NCBI GenBank assembly: GCA_963841565.1
Contig: CAWJCY010000001.1
Location: forward strand, 32,001-96,000
DNA length: 64,000 nucleotides
Reading direction: 5' to 3'
From: an uncultured Nitrososphaerales archaeon
GTDB lineage: Archaea > Thermoproteota > Nitrososphaeria > Nitrososphaerales > Nitrososphaeraceae
The position numbers and the translations under genes were made by a program. Shown here piece after piece: positions 50,148-59,667 of the stretch. Numbering within the stretch: position 1 is the first letter of the stretch; each line of letters starts with the position of its first letter. The notes below the pieces were generated by a model. That model did not search any database, had not been told where the DNA came from, and worked only from the letters and a program-made list of their open reading frames with translations.

Positions 50148-50585
50148 TCATTCATTACTCTCTGCTCGTAGTTTTAAACTAGAATTCATCATTTGAAAGC
50201 TTATTCGTATGTCATCGAACATTCTGGCATTTCCCAAATAAGCACCTAATCCCTTGAATATCTCTTTTTGAGTAAAGATTGTATCATGCTCTTCGTTCTC
50301 ATGGATTGTAAAGATATGCTCTCCATCCAATATTAGTGGGAGAATCGCTTTTCCATACCACCTCAATTCTGTAGGTGGATCCACCTTAGTAATCGTTGGA
50401 CGATAAACACGTGTTTTTTGAGCCGCTGTCCTTAATTCTATTTCGATCTTCTCTCCCCTAATAGGAGCCCCAGCAATCCCAATTATGAACGGGTTCCAGT
50501 ACTTATAAAGTTGAAAATCGGTTAGTACCTTCCACACCTTCTCAGGGTTTGATTTAATTTCTATCCGTGCGATTATCTCTTTCAA
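50148..50585 (-). CDS. SRPBCC (polyketide cyclase-like) domain protein
   Basis: PEKVWKVLTDF..Y..WNPF, ELRW, DGEH.F and MN..LK.RAE. Confidence 0.85.
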   Translation of the reverse strand: MKEIIARIEIKSNPEKVWKVLTDFQLYKYWNPFIIGIAGAPIRGEKIEIELRTAAQKTRVYRPTITKVDPPTELRWYGKAILPLILDGEHIFTIHENEEHDTIFTQKEIFKGLGAYLGNARMFDDIRISFQMMNSSLKLRAESNE

Positions 50586-50695
50586 GAGATAGGCGTCTCC
50601 TTTTCAATGGAAATTCTGTTCGCAATAGGCCGAGTAAATGTACTGATTGTATTATTGAAGTTTGGAGACAAAAGAATTCCGACCCACACTCAGGC

Positions 50696-51148
50696 TCACC
50701 CTGCTTTTTCTTGTTCCATCAATGATTCTAGTATACTAGCATTAACTTCGTCCAAATCGATATTTTGCCTTAGATACGTGCTGAGATCACTTGTGGTGAG
50801 AATGCCAATCAGCGTATTTGCATTTTTTACCAACAGATGCTGTATTTTGTTATCAACCATCTTCTTGGCTGCATCTTCGAGGGTTGCCTTATAATCAATG
50901 TATACCAGGGGAGAAGACATTATGTCATTCACTAACACCTCTGTGCTCTTTTTGTTCTGAATGCAGACTTTTGAGACTAGGTCTTTTTCGGTTACTATGC
51001 CAATATGCACGTCAGATTCATCAACCACTAACAACGATCCTATATCCTTATGCTTCATCTTCTTTGCAGCTTCCTGTGCCGTTTCATGTAGATGAATTGC
51101 TTCTAACTTGTGGGTCACTATCTTGTTCATTGATTCCAGTGTTAACAT
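50696..51148 (-). CDS. CBS-domain pair protein
   Basis: IGSLLVV..GIVTEKDL; IMSSPL..; HLLV..GILTTSD. Confidence 0.9.
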   Translation of the reverse strand: MLTLESMNKIVTHKLEAIHLHETAQEAAKKMKHKDIGSLLVVDESDVHIGIVTEKDLVSKVCIQNKKSTEVLVNDIMSSPLVYIDYKATLEDAAKKMVDNKIQHLLVKNANTLIGILTTSDLSTYLRQNIDLDEVNASILESLMEQEKAG

Positions 51149-51318
51149 CGATCTATGGATATTGGATGAAGTATATTATGGATACGATCGATTCGCTGAC
51201 TATATAATTTGCAACTCAATATGCAGACGAAGTACAAAGTGATCATCACCTTTTATCCTTGCAAGGAAAGCCTTTCAATTAACTAATGAAAAAATCCTAA
51301 GTCTACTAGAATATTACG

Positions 51319-52017
51319 TTAATTCTGATGCAATCTGGTCTTATAAATTAACATTAACGCATTGATTATTGAAGAGGCAGCTGCGCTACCTCCTTTGCGC
51401 CCGATATTGGTAATGGATGGAACTGGGGTACGCAATAATTCTTTTTTTGATTCGAGCGCAGAAATAAAACCTACTGGTATTCCAATTACGAGAGCAGGCT
51501 TTACTCTATTTTCCCTGAACATGGATATTACTTGAAAAAGGGCTGTAGGGGCATTACCTATAACCACTATACCATTTTGAATCTGAGCTGCCGAAAAATC
51601 CATTGCAACCTGAGATCGGGTCAGGTTATTATCTCGAGAGTACTTAGTAACTGAATCCTCTGAAATCCGACACAAAGTTTTCAGATTCAATTCCTTTGCC
51701 AACTGCTTATTTATGCCTGATAATACCATTTCTACATCGGATACAACATGGCATCCATTCTCAATCGCTGCAAAAGATGATGCGAATACGTCTCCATGAA
51801 AGGTAATTTTTTCTTTCCCTGCAAAATCAAAATCAGCCGTAGCATGAATCACCCTTCTTACGATTGCCCATTCAAGTGCATTATAGGTATGCGCTCCCAC
51901 TTCACTATCGATTATCGCGAAACTATCATTCTCGATTCCAAATGCTTTAGTTGACATTTTGCGCAGATCATGATCTGCGTTGTAGTAATTAGGTCTGGGG
52001 GAAGATTCCTCGCTCAA
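51319..52017 (-). CDS. cbiC: Precorrin-8X methylmutase
   Basis: IENDSF.II, RRVIHATAD, IGNAPTAL, IGIPVGF and GRKGGS. Confidence 0.93.
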   Translation of the reverse strand: MSEESSPRPNYYNADHDLRKMSTKAFGIENDSFAIIDSEVGAHTYNALEWAIVRRVIHATADFDFAGKEKITFHGDVFASSFAAIENGCHVVSDVEMVLSGINKQLAKELNLKTLCRISEDSVTKYSRDNNLTRSQVAMDFSAAQIQNGIVVIGNAPTALFQVISMFRENRVKPALVIGIPVGFISALESKKELLRTPVPSITNIGRKGGSAAASSIINALMLIYKTRLHQN

Positions 52018-52760
52018 CTTCCATTGCCCTTTCCAAAACTATATTTGCTAATTGACGGTCAGCTCCCAAATGCTCTGTGAGGTACATATTAGTTGGATGT
52101 TGTTCCTTGATCGACGTATTGATTTCTCGCATTATGTCATATTTAATGTGAGCTCCTTTGTGCAAAAAATATGGCACTACCAGAAGACATTTGGGTGAAG
52201 AGGCCAAGGAATTTCTGATGCCCTCCATGATATCGGGCTCGTCGAGCTCAAGGAAACAGAATCGGACGCTTCTGAAATAAGACTTAAGTAAATCTACCAT
52301 ATAGTTGAACGCTTCTCTAGCCCTTCTATCACTACTACCATGACCAATTAGTAATAAATCACACTCCGAGTTTGGCAGCTGTAGGGCGTGCTCTCGCTTA
52401 GCTTCGTGGACTCTATTTACCACGACTTCGACCATCCGGGTGTTCCTGCTAAGTGGCCTGGCGATAGCCACTCGAACATCTTTTTTCACAGATATCGATG
52501 CTCGCTTTCTTCACAGAATCCTTCAACTTCATACCCGGATACAGAAAGTATGGAATAATGGTGATGAAGTCGGCGCCGTTAGCAATGCATTTTGAAATCC
52601 CGTCCTCGATATATGGGGGAACCACTTCCAAAAAGCAGTAAGTTGTATATCCGTACTTGCCAGGATAGGTCCTGTTAATAGTTGAGCAAATAATCTCCAA
52701 CTCTTCTTTAACTTCGGGCTCTCTACTGCCTCTATCAACGATCAGCATCGCCTTAATCAA
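51989..52760 (-). CDS. cbiX: Two-domain sirohydrochlorin cobaltochelatase (apparent +1 frameshift near 52502)
   Basis: Domain 1 (DRGS, CFLE..PP, PYFL) and domain 2 (GHGS, CFLE..P, PYFLHKGAH) lie in two frames joined by removing one base. Confidence 0.88.
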
Positions 52761-53843
52761 TTACTCAAATTCCATCCTAGCAATGGAAAGAGTAAGGTCA
52801 GGGGGAAATTTAAGTTTGGAGAGCACTAGAACGCCTTTAGAGCTCAACAGTGCAGCTGCTTCAGATACACTCTTGGTGCCCTGAAACCGTCCCACTTGTT
52901 CTGATGGATTAGGAACGTGGATTTCAGAAAGCTGATCGTCGTTGAAGGCTTCTATTGGAATTTGGTATGATCTTGAAAAATCAAGTAACCCACTGGCCTG
53001 GGCTTTATTTTCAATTGTAGCTATATTTCTTATACTCTTAAAGCTCAAAAGATTGTCCTGGAATACCCCAAAAATTGCCGATTCTATCTTTTCCTTGGTC
53101 GTATTCCAATGTATCCCGATCCCTACGACAAGACTCTTAGGTCTGTAGATTACCGATTTAGATGAAATTTCCTCATCTCGTAGAATCCTATCTGTAATTA
53201 TTAGGCCGGCACGGAACTCTTCAGACTTCAGGTTATCAAGTCCTGGCACTGGTCTGACGTTCCGAGGAAGACCCTTCCTTGGCCACCAATTGCGCTCTCC
53301 GGAGTCTTGGTAGAGCCCTATAGGCATTTCATTGACCATGCAAGCGCTTACTTGTGTAACGGTATCTAGGCCATCTATTGTCCATCCTAGAGTTCTCCCT
53401 AAAATGTCCACAGCTATAGTTTGATTAACGTCGGCGGCGGTAGTTATAACCGCCTTACTTCCTTTGAAAAAGGTGGATAGATCTGTTGCTAACGAATTCG
53501 CTCCACCCAAATGACCAGATAATGCGCTAATGACAAAGTTCGCCCTATCGTCGATAACGACAACTGCGGGATCGTATTTCTTGTTACCTAAAAAGGGAGC
53601 AATAAGTCGGATCACTGCTCCAAGAGAAAAAATGCAGATTAATGCATTGTTTGTCTTGAATAGTCTTTCCATAATTTGTGAAGTCGGCTCTTCGAACCAT
53701 TGAATATCTTTTGACGATTCATAATACTTTTGAGGGACATAAATCTTAACCTCAGGCCAATGTATCCTTATACACTTGGCAATTCTGATTCCATTCTTGG
53801 TTATTGCTACTACACTAATGGCTGATGGTCTTGGGTGATACAG
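52761..53843 (-). CDS. cbiG: Cobalt-precorrin-5A hydrolase CbiG
   Basis: GAVIRLIAP...K..DPAVVV, SGHLGGAN, TTAAD and SVSEAAA; frame stays open upstream of the ORF call (VVAITKNG) to a probable CTG start at 53843. Confidence 0.9.
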   Translation of the reverse strand: MYHPRPSAISVVAITKNGIRIAKCIRIHWPEVKIYVPQKYYESSKDIQWFEEPTSQIMERLFKTNNALICIFSLGAVIRLIAPFLGNKKYDPAVVVIDDRANFVISALSGHLGGANSLATDLSTFFKGSKAVITTAADVNQTIAVDILGRTLGWTIDGLDTVTQVSACMVNEMPIGLYQDSGERNWWPRKGLPRNVRPVPGLDNLKSEEFRAGLIITDRILRDEEISSKSVIYRPKSLVVGIGIHWNTTKEKIESAIFGVFQDNLLSFKSIRNIATIENKAQASGLLDFSRSYQIPIEAFNDDQLSEIHVPNPSEQVGRFQGTKSVSEAAALLSSKGVLVLSKLKFPPDLTLSIARMEFE

Positions 53844-53881
53844 ATTCGATCCTATTGGGTTGGGTTCCTAAACCCTCTTTT

Positions 53882-54015
53882 ATTCCTATTCATAGTAAGC
53901 GGATCATTGAAATCTGCGCGGATAAGATGCAGAAAAGAACTACATCTTTGATCCTCTATCAGAACCTGCGCTCAGTCGGGACTTTCCGTCATCATCTCCA
54001 CTATGAATGAGGAAT
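53882..54015 (-). ncRNA. Candidate structured cis-regulatory RNA upstream of cbiG
   Basis: 15-bp closing inverted repeat (one bulge) enclosing nested stems GGATCA/TGATCC and AAGATGTAG/CTGCATCTT. Confidence 0.3.
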
Positions 54016-54180
54016 TGTGGTGTAATCATGTGGCTCAGCGGTGGGAATTTTAGGACTGGGTCATTATATTTAAATGGTATAAGTTAAGCAATTCTTTTCT
54101 AGATTTTCGTGAACTCATGGCGAGCCATTCACTGTCGCCATATCGAAAGAGAGTGAATTAGAGAGACTTCATTTGTACCA

Positions 54181-55287
54181 TTACTGGCTATGATTTGTCC
54201 TTGGGTAAAGGCCACATACCCTTCCATCGAAATCAAACATTATAATTTGGAGATTCAACAAACGTTCGTCATCCTTGATTAATGATGCATAAGCGCGTTT
54301 GCAGATCAGGTCAAAGTATCCTGATATCCCATGCTCGGTTATGATCTCTTGAACGTGACGTGCTGTGTTAGCTTTCATTATTTTAGTTAGAATATCTTCG
54401 GAGCATGCGCAGTCTCTTGCAAGATTTGCCATAAATTCCATGTCAACGTGAGAACCTTTGACGTGAGTTTGTTTTACTCCCATAGCTATTTTCGTAAGCT
54501 TACCAATAAAGCCAGCGATGACCACATTCTTCACCTTCTTGATTCGACATTGCTTTATCGCGTACCCTACAAAGTCCCCCATCTGTATAAGGGAATGCTC
54601 TGGGAGAGTGTCATTAAAAAATTTTTTAACAAACTCCTCACTCCTACCGCCTGTTGTCAACGCAACGGTGTCAACACCCATAGCTAATGCCACATCTAAG
54701 CTTTGTCGGATCGATGCTGCAAATGATGCCGTAGAATAAGGAATAACAATGCCTGTTGTTCCCAGTATCGATATTCCACCCAGTATACCTAACCGAGGAT
54801 TATCGGTTTTTTGCGCGATGGTCTCCCCCATTGGTACCGATATCATTACTGTAATTCCTTTAGTTTCAATGAGTCCATCCACAACCTCCAAAGCAGCTGT
54901 CTTGATCATCATGGATGGCACAGGATTTATCGCAGCTGCTCCTATTGGAAGGCCTAACCCAGGCTTTGTTACATGTCCGACACCTTTCCCTCCTTCTATT
55001 CTGATAGCACCAATGTCATCATTTAGTGAAACAGTAGATTGGATCTGTGCACCGTGTGTGGCATCAGGGTCGTCTCCACCATCCTTCGTGACAGCGCAGG
55101 TCACGGACCCGTTACCGACTTGAGTCCACTCAATTCGTATGACGATCTTTCCTCCCAATGGCAACGAAACCTCCACACAATCTACTTTCTCCCCCGATAG
55201 AAGTTGTATCAGTGCTGCTTTAGTGGCAGCCGCAGCTGAAGTGCCAGTAGTATATCCTTTTCTAAGTGAAGAGCTATTGAGCTTCAT
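54181..55287 (-). CDS. cbiD: Cobalt-precorrin-5B C1-methyltransferase
   Basis: LRKGYTTGT, KDGGDDPDATHG, GVG.VTKPGL, NPRLGILGGISILGTTG and MGDFVG. Confidence 0.95.
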   Translation of the reverse strand: MKLNSSSLRKGYTTGTSAAAATKAALIQLLSGEKVDCVEVSLPLGGKIVIRIEWTQVGNGSVTCAVTKDGGDDPDATHGAQIQSTVSLNDDIGAIRIEGGKGVGHVTKPGLGLPIGAAAINPVPSMMIKTAALEVVDGLIETKGITVMISVPMGETIAQKTDNPRLGILGGISILGTTGIVIPYSTASFAASIRQSLDVALAMGVDTVALTTGGRSEEFVKKFFNDTLPEHSLIQMGDFVGYAIKQCRIKKVKNVVIAGFIGKLTKIAMGVKQTHVKGSHVDMEFMANLARDCACSEDILTKIMKANTARHVQEIITEHGISGYFDLICKRAYASLIKDDERLLNLQIIMFDFDGRVCGLYPRTNHSQ

Positions 55288-55402
55288 TTCACATCGAAAC
55301 GGAAGTTGTTTGCATCTTCCTTAATATGCTTCCAACCATTTGCTATCTAAGACCATGCTTCAAATATCTCTTTTTTCATCGTTCCGAATAAAGATATGAC
55401 GT

Positions 55403-56176
55403 TTAAACAATTACTTTGCCACCATCGATTATTATGGTATTACCGGTAGCATATGAAAAGCTTTCACTACCTAGGCATGCAGCTACTTTGGCGACCTCCT
55501 CCGCTGAGCCCCACCTCTTCATCGCCGATTCACTTATTGCTCTCTTCCTTCCTCGCTTAGTCATAGAATAATAAGTGGCATCCGTTGCAATATTTCCGAG
55601 TGCGAGAGTGTATGCTCTAATTTTTTTATTCCCATATTCAAGAGCAATATGCTTGGTTACGGCAACAACGGCTGCCTTGGCAATGGTATAGGGGGCACCT
55701 TCCCTTTGACCTGACAATGCAGGCGTCGAGGCAATATTAATTATTACGCCTGAATTGCCAGGAGAGCGATTAATTTTTCTAATCATGCTCGGAAGGAATG
55801 CCCTTGTCATATGTATTGTACCCTTAAGATCGACTTCCATAATGGAATCCAAAGCTCGATCGGTCATCTGATGATATCTCTTGTACCAGATCGCATTTTC
55901 GAACCGATGCCCAGCACTGTTTACCAGGATATCAATCCCCCCGTGATCTAATACCGCTCCTTTTACAACTGATCTTACGTCTCTCTCGCTAGTAACATCT
56001 AATTCGACAGCCTGAGTATTTCCTTCGATCTTTTGCGAGGCTCTTATAGCATCATTGATATTTCTAGAACATACCAACACAGTTGCCCCTTGATTTTCAG
56101 CGAATTCTTTAGATATTGCGAACCCGATACCACTAGAGGAACCAGTGACTAGAGCGACCTTGTTAACCAGGGCCAA
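55403..56176 (-). CDS. Short-chain dehydrogenase/reductase (SDR)
   Basis: TGSSSGIG, VNSAG, YxxxK (YTIAK) and IDGG. Confidence 0.9.
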   Translation of the reverse strand: MALVNKVALVTGSSSGIGFAISKEFAENQGATVLVCSRNINDAIRASQKIEGNTQAVELDVTSERDVRSVVKGAVLDHGGIDILVNSAGHRFENAIWYKRYHQMTDRALDSIMEVDLKGTIHMTRAFLPSMIRKINRSPGNSGVIINIASTPALSGQREGAPYTIAKAAVVAVTKHIALEYGNKKIRAYTLALGNIATDATYYSMTKRGRKRAISESAMKRWGSAEEVAKVAACLGSESFSYATGNTIIIDGGKVIV

Positions 56177-56318
56177 TTAAGTCTCACTAGAATCGTCAGC
56201 AAATTTTGTAAAAGCAAATATTTTGGACGTTTTAAACCAAATCACCTTTGACCCATGGATTGAGTTAAGCCTTATTTTCAACATAGGCGATAGTGTTCCA
56301 AAGTCAGCTATCGATAGC

Positions 56319-57464
56319 TCAGCCGGCCAGATCTGACATCTTATCAGTCCTTTCCCATGTAAATTCAGGTTCATTCCTCCCAAAATGTCCGTATGCCGCG
56401 GTCTTTTTATAGATTGGCCTTTTCAAATTTAGAATCCTTATAATATCGGCGGGCTTCATTTCAAATGAATTTTTGACTCGTTCCTCGATTAATTCGTCGT
56501 CGATTCTAGACGTCCCAAACGTATTCACCATTACAGACACGGGATCAGGCAAACCTATTGCATATGCAAGTTGCACTTCACATTTCTCTGCAAGCCCAGC
56601 AGCTACTATGTTTTTAGCGATATACCTAGCCATATAACATGCCGATCTATCAACTTTCGATGGATCCTTGCCTGAAAATGCTCCTCCACCATGTCTTCCC
56701 GCTCCACCATAAGTGTCTGCAATCACCTTCCTTCCTGTCAAACCGGTGTCAGCCTGAGGGCCACCAATAACAAACCGTCCAGTCGGATTTACCAAGAATT
56801 TCGAATTTGGGGTTATCCAATCCGAACAGATTTCCTTTATTACTTTACCTACAATCTCCTCTCTCAATTGGCTCAAGCTTATGTCTGGTGCATGTTGGGT
56901 TGAAATCACGACAGTATCAATCCTTATCGGCTTTGTACCTTCGTAAACAACAGAAACCTGGGATTTACCATCAGGTCTTATCCAACCTAGTTTTTTTTGC
57001 TTTCTGAGGGTAGACAGCTTCATAGAGAGTTTGTGAGCCATTATGATAGGCAGTGGCATTAACTCCGCGGTTTCATTTGTTGCATATCCAAACATTAAGC
57101 CTTGATCACCTGCTCCCTGTTCTCTATGCATATTAGGAGTGACACCCAGTGAAATATCAGGACTTTGTTCATGTATAGATTCTATAACAGAACAAGATTC
57201 GGAATCAAACCCGTATTCAGGTCGATCATATCCGATCTCACGTATCACGGTTCTTACTACCTTTTGTATATCGACCCTGCGTCTTGATGTGACCTCTCCT
57301 GCGACAAAAACTATTCCGGTGGAAGTTAACGACTCTACTGCAACTCTAGACTCTGAGTCACTTGCGAGAAACTCATCTAAGATAGAATCGGAAACCTGAT
57401 CGCATATCTTGTCAGGGTGACCTTCTGTTACGCTTTCTGAAGTGAATATATACCTTCTTACCAT
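56319..57464 (-). CDS. metK: S-adenosylmethionine synthetase, bacterial/eukaryal type
   Basis: [26 protein letters not shown] and [16 protein letters not shown]. Confidence 0.96.
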   Translation of the reverse strand: MVRRYIFTSESVTEGHPDKICDQVSDSILDEFLASDSESRVAVESLTSTGIVFVAGEVTSRRRVDIQKVVRTVIREIGYDRPEYGFDSESCSVIESIHEQSPDISLGVTPNMHREQGAGDQGLMFGYATNETAELMPLPIIMAHKLSMKLSTLRKQKKLGWIRPDGKSQVSVVYEGTKPIRIDTVVISTQHAPDISLSQLREEIVGKVIKEICSDWITPNSKFLVNPTGRFVIGGPQADTGLTGRKVIADTYGGAGRHGGGAFSGKDPSKVDRSACYMARYIAKNIVAAGLAEKCEVQLAYAIGLPDPVSVMVNTFGTSRIDDELIEERVKNSFEMKPADIIRILNLKRPIYKKTAAYGHFGRNEPEFTWERTDKMSDLAG

Positions 57465-57500
57465 TACTCCCCATATACCTTAATTCTCACAAGAATACCA

Positions 57501-57755
57501 TTAAAGATCTTTTTCCAGTCTTATAAATAGAACATTATTTCCTCGAATCACTACCTTTCCGTAATTTGCTAACAGATCCTGTCGATTGAATTCCTCAGCA
57601 TCAACTAATATCAAATTCATATATGTATCCACGTTGCTCATCCTCCCTCGATATTCTACTTCACTTTTCAATCGTACTGCCACTCGTCTATTTACTGAAC
57701 GTTGTAATGTTGTTAATGGTCTTTTAGATTGCTGTGATGACGCAGGGGATGACAA
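57501..57755 (-). CDS. Sm/Lsm family RNA-binding protein (SmAP)
   Basis: Sm1 motif (YRG...VDTYMNLIL.DAEE) and Sm2 motif (VVIRGNNV). Confidence 0.92.
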   Translation of the reverse strand: MSSPASSQQSKRPLTTLQRSVNRRVAVRLKSEVEYRGRMSNVDTYMNLILVDAEEFNRQDLLANYGKVVIRGNNVLFIRLEKDL

Positions 57756-57900
57756 TTCAATTAATCACTTTGGAAGTGAAAGCACACAGGCTACAATAAA
57801 AAGGTTCCCTTGTTGGCTATTTGCCGAATATTATGCTATAATTATAGTTTTGCCGAAGCCAGAAGTTTTCATATATGTAATGTACCAGACTAAGATTGAA

Positions 57901-58242
57901 ATGAATCAGTATCAAGACATGTTAGAGAAAATCTTTGATGAGCAAAGGAAGTTAGTAGAATATTTGGGAGTAGACAGGTATCCAAAAAAGACTGAGCAGA
58001 GGGTTTCGGCCCTGATGACAGCGATTATACACGAGGCCATCGAGCTACAAGATCTCACCAGTTGGAAGTGGTGGAAAAGACCTTCTGGTTTTGAAATCGA
58101 GATGGCTCAAACCGAATTGATTGATATACTACATTTTGTAATCCAAACCGCTCTTGAGCTGGAAATGACTCCACAAAAGGTGTTAGAGGTGTATTTGAAT
58201 AAGAATTACATAAATCGAGAAAGAAAGAGGTCAGGGTACTGA
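57901..58242 (+). CDS. Dimeric all-alpha dUTPase (MazG-like superfamily)
   Basis: HEAIEL, WKWWK, ELIDILHF and Y..KN..N.ER...GY; the real gene is the 3' half of ORF 57586-58242. Confidence 0.85.
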   Translation: MNQYQDMLEKIFDEQRKLVEYLGVDRYPKKTEQRVSALMTAIIHEAIELQDLTSWKWWKRPSGFEIEMAQTELIDILHFVIQTALELEMTPQKVLEVYLNKNYINRERKRSGY

Positions 58243-58444
58243 CGGGACACTACTATTTTCACGTCCGATAGACAGAACTATTCAACTGATATATTGCATT
58301 GCTCCTAGTAAAATTGTATTCTTCCCTTATCGTATGCCTAATCGATGTAACAGAAAAGGCTGGTTAGGGAAATGTGAGTCACAATTTTCTCATATTTATC
58401 TGGGTGCCCCTTTTATTTGGGGTTTGATTTGAGTATCGTAACGG

Positions 58445-58708
58445 ATGTACACCGGTCTAGATTTGGTCGCGGATATACTCTCCTTTTCGGACAGAACTGG
58501 AAGATTGAAGATTCAGAAACTAGAGAGAATGCTTGATAAGTACAGTCCACAAATTTCGAATTGTCTACATGAATTAGAGCGATACGACCTTATCTCCTTC
58601 GATCCATCATTTTTAGAAGTTACAATGACCGTCAAAGGTGCAGAATTTCTAAATCTGTACAACGATCTTAAGGAACTGGTATGCCTAGATAACAACCTAG
58701 ATCTGTGA
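58445..58708 (+). CDS. Small winged-helix protein
   Basis: DLVADIL...CL.EL...DLI....MTVKGAEFL..Y pattern of archaeal wHTH proteins. Confidence 0.6.
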   Translation: MYTGLDLVADILSFSDRTGRLKIQKLERMLDKYSPQISNCLHELERYDLISFDPSFLEVTMTVKGAEFLNLYNDLKELVCLDNNLDL

Positions 58709-58796
58709 CGACAGCACGCCTATCCTAACATCCATGTCATAGGAATTAATATCTGAGGAGCAAAAAAATGTTAGTTTTGACCACTAAGGCAGAAAG

Positions 58797-59535
58797 TTAC
58801 AAATCCCTCCAAACCGCACGCGCCTTAGCTAAAGCTAGAAAGCATATCAAATACGCAGATTGAACTGCAAGCCCGAAATATATTGACCAGGTTTCCGGTG
58901 TGGCAAGCCCCATACTATCCTGTATCATCAAAGATGCGTGAGTTGTCGGGACCGAGTAAGCTGAGGTACTGGAGGTTCAAAGGAAGCCGTTCGATAGAAT
59001 AGTAGACTGGAGGAATTACAGCAAGTATGACGTTTACAAAAGAAATAATCTGAGTTGCATTTCGCATATGCAGCATGTGAGAAGATAGGAAAAAGCCCAT
59101 TGCAGACATTGCACCCCAGGTCAAAAGTATGCTACAAATCAGTAGTGGTAGGGTCGATAGAGTGTCTCCAAATAATACGGCTAAGGTAGTAAGGGCTATT
59201 AGAGCAGGGAGACCAAATAATAGTTCGGACAATGCGAGCCCAGTCATATATGTGAGGGACGACACCGGTGCTGCGACGAAGACATCTTGAATCTTGTATT
59301 CAGTTTTGTAGAATGAAATGTCTTGCCCAAGTGCCAAGCCATAGCCGACAGTTGCCATGACAAGACTACCGGCGATCGCGAGATCTGTGTACTCACCGTT
59401 GCTTACTACAAAAAGGACAAACAAAATTGAGAATGGACTTAAAGCTGAAAACAACATCGAAAGCGGGTTTCTCCTTAGCCATAATATCCCTGTCATATAG
59501 GCTATGATGATGATCTGTCTAAATGCTATGATCAA
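58797..59535 (-). CDS. ABC-2 type transporter permease (apparent +1 frameshift near 58952-58962)
   Basis: Six hydrophobic helices, PPVYYS; the C-terminus PTTHASLMIQ...AVWRDL continues in another frame to TAA at 58797. Confidence 0.82.
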
Positions 59536-59667
59536 TTACGTTCATCTCTATAATGTTCTATTGTATTTATTTCAAGTGTAAATCACAAGATTGTTGCTGT
59601 GGCCACAGAAATAGAAATATTGAAATTAGATCGAAAAGCTTTATTCGTAAGCTAGGACGGATTAGGT

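Noticed and set aside
53959-53995. C/D box guide sRNA (ATGATGA...CTGA...CTGA)
   Set aside because: No proper C' box or second guide, and no target I could identify; kept only as part of the structured-leader finding
57586-57879. N-terminal half of the 218-aa ORF as a dUTPase fusion
   Set aside because: Largely antisense to the Lsm gene and its promoter; homology begins near 57901
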